Shown here piece after piece: positions 61,931 through 64,000 of a stretch of 64,000 nucleotides of DNA (position 1 is the first letter of the stretch; the number at the start of each line of letters is the position of its first letter). Source of the stretch: Dimorphilus gyrociliatus (lineage: Eukaryota > Animalia > Annelida); assembly GCA_904063045.1 (NCBI GenBank), contig CAJFCJ010000020.1, forward strand, positions 1,108,916 through 1,172,915, read 5' to 3'. The notes beneath the pieces were generated by a model. The model saw only the letters and a program-made list of their open reading frames with translations, made no database searches and had not been told where the DNA came from. The position numbers were made by a program, and so were the translations under genes.

Positions 61931-62409
61931 TTATACACGAATCAGAAATTCAACATTTATGAATACTATAGGAAATAATAAAAGAAAATTCGAAACATTA
62001 AAATTTCGTATGGCATAATTTTTGTGTTTTATCACTCTAATTTCATCTCTTTTCTTCTCACAATCAATCTCTAAAGTATCATTTTCCGGAACCTAAAAGA
62101 AGTTCAGAATGAGAATGATGGAGATAAATTTAAGCTATACCCTCTAAACCTGTATAGCTTCGAAGTAATGAGTACAACATCTCATATAATATTTTGTTCC
62201 ACAGCAATACGTTGACCCGCATTCTTCTGCCTTTTTAAAGTGACCAGTTTCATTACAGTGGGATGGGCATCGGTTAGATGGAACGTAGCCTCCTTTAAAT
62301 TGAATTTTTCCTTCAAGCAACTATGATCATGCGATATTTATGAAACATTACCGTCTAGTAAAGTTACCAAGAATATGAAAATAACACTGGAAGAAAAGTA
62401 GATTTTCAT
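61931..62409 (-). CDS. Previously uncalled 120-aa Cys-rich secreted/membrane protein, Shisa-like cysteine pattern; 3 exons
   Basis: Exons 62352-62409 (signal peptide), 62150-62292 and 61931-62092; GT-AG introns of 59 and 57 nt, in phase. C-x3-C-x11-C-x4-CC-x7-CC; hydrophobic C-terminus. Confidence 0.75.
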
Positions 62410-62827
62410 GAAGATAATCTCGATCGTAATACCTTTAATGATTGAGCAAAAACTCGAATATAAAACCGCTTTATATGAAAAAGTAAAACCGATTATCTAA
62501 TGGTTGATTAGACGTAATCTGTTTGCACAGAAACGGTATTGAAAAGACAAGAATACAAAACGGCTATAAAATACAAAGAATTTGTAACAATTAAGGAATT
62601 CAAAACACTTATCATGACCTAATTTTTATATAACTTTTTTAGTATTTAAAAGTTTTAAAATTATTAGATTCTAATTACTGAATTTTCGTTATATTGAATA
62701 ACATATAAAACTTTTAATGATGTCATTCTTGAATGAAAATTACACCTATTTTTTACAAAATTTTCGTAAATAAAAGAACATTTCTTCATGGGTCTGAAAA
62801 TTTCAAAATATTTTATTTATTACAATA

Positions 62828-64000
62828 ATGCCAATCTTTAGAGGGGCTGCTTGCCAAACTATGGTAAACTCAAAGAAAAAGACTTCTTTTAAAAGAGTTC
62901 ATAAAGGTCTACTTCAAACTGCTATAAATATCTGCAGACGGAAATTCTATGATAATGGACAGGATGAATTATTGGAAGCTGATATTAAAAAAATTAATGA
63001 TACTGATTTATATTCGAAAGACACTATAAACTCTTATACAGCCTACTTAAGAAAATTACAGGTATTATCTCCATCAAAAGGTAATGATTTAAGGCTTGCT
63101 CGCAGATTTAATTTTGACGAATATGCTGCTACAAGTGGAGGTAATACTAAAGAATTGTTCCTATTGGACGAAGCGCCCGAAATATCTTATGACGAAATTA
63201 TCGACTGTGATGACTATTTTGTTGAAAATGTTCTTGTTAGAGAAATGGCTGGACGATTTGTTGAATCTATATGGTTTCGTTTATTAGTTATGTTGTTGAT
63301 AGTTGTCAACTCGTTAATTATAGGCCTACAAGCGTCCGGATTAGAGGTATATCATATAACCGTTTATTTCTTTAAATTAGGTTAGATTATCAAAAACAAA
63401 ACAAAAAAAAATATAACAGAAATATTCTTCGAAAACTTTTGAAATATTCGATAGGATTGTTATTTCGGTATTTATATTTGAAATACTGATAAAATGGTAT
63501 CATAATTTTGCTGTTTTCTGGAAAATTGGATGGAATGTTTTAGATTTTATAATAACATTTTGTCTATTGATATCAGTAGGACAATTTATCAACTCACCAA
63601 GACTTTTAAGAGTTCTTCGTATAATTAGGGCATTTAGATCGTTACGTAGTATTGACGCTTTGGCTGGATTATCTGCCGTTGTATATACAATTCTAGTTTC
63701 TATACCGCAGATGTTCCAAATAGTAATTATCCTACTAATTATAATAGTTATGTACGGAGTTATGGGTACGATAATGTTTAGGGATATGTCACCTGACTAT
63801 TTCGATAATTTAGGGACTTCACTATTTTCACTATTTATTTGTATCAATCAAGATGGTTGGTTAGCAATTGTAGATCAAATAAAGAACTCTCGTATTGATA
63901 TTCATATGAACTGGACTAAATATATTGCCTATATTTATTTGGGTTCAGTGATTGTTGTTGGCGCATTTATGATTAGTAACCTAATAATTGCAGTATTGAT
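62828..64000 (+). CDS. CATSPER4: Sperm cation channel alpha subunit CatSper4-like (6TM, truncated by the window end)
   Basis: Exon 62828-63346 plus exon 63420 to the window end. FWKIGWNVLDF (S2-S3), S4 RLLRVLRIIRAFRSLR, pore LFICINQDGW, S6 VGAFMISNLIIAV. The xQDGW filter matches CatSper4 rather than CatSper1-3. Confidence 0.85.

Noticed and set aside
63381-63419. In-frame TAA at 63414 suggesting a CatSper4 pseudogene
   Set aside because: It falls inside the intron if the AG at 63418-63419 is used, which gives the expected S1-S2 linker length.
1-64000. CRISPR arrays, rRNA/tRNA genes, transposase or reverse-transcriptase ORFs
   Set aside because: No regularly spaced repeats, tRNA A/B boxes with a cloverleaf, or mobile-element motifs were seen.

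Overview
AT-rich, gene-dense animal genomic DNA with mostly 50-70 nt GT-AG introns. This fits a compact-genome invertebrate, possibly a miniaturised lophotrochozoan; the taxon is inferred, not proven. I found no CRISPR array, rRNA, tRNA or recognisable transposase. I can reconstruct about 19 protein-coding genes: GID4 (partial), ATPAF2, USP37-like, PSMD3, an orphan pseudokinase, GPN2, MSH2, a low-complexity orphan, TMEM216, ZNF598, inducible HSP70, a 15-kb calcium-channel alpha2delta gene, a membrane-anchored JmjC/cupin gene, MRM2, a mitochondrial flavin-reductase/unknown-domain fusion, NUBP2, ENDOV, TACC (with a nested 667-aa ORF), a 3-exon Shisa-like gene missed by the ORF track, and CATSPER4 (partial). 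The best lead is in alpha2delta. Two independent tandem-duplicated, apparently mutually exclusive exon pairs each encode one half of the split dCache amino-acid/gabapentinoid pocket, which implies combinatorial ligand-pocket variants. An intronic 14-bp inverted repeat lies just upstream of the first pair. Other leads: a CatSper4 gene head-to-head with the hidden Shisa-like gene, the flavin-reductase fusion, two convergent genes sharing one TTAA as both stop codons, three non-GT splice donors (TT, GC, GA), a compensated double frameshift in ATPAF2, and two candidate structured small RNAs in introns. All gene models and family assignments are manual, from translation and recalled family motifs; no database search was run.
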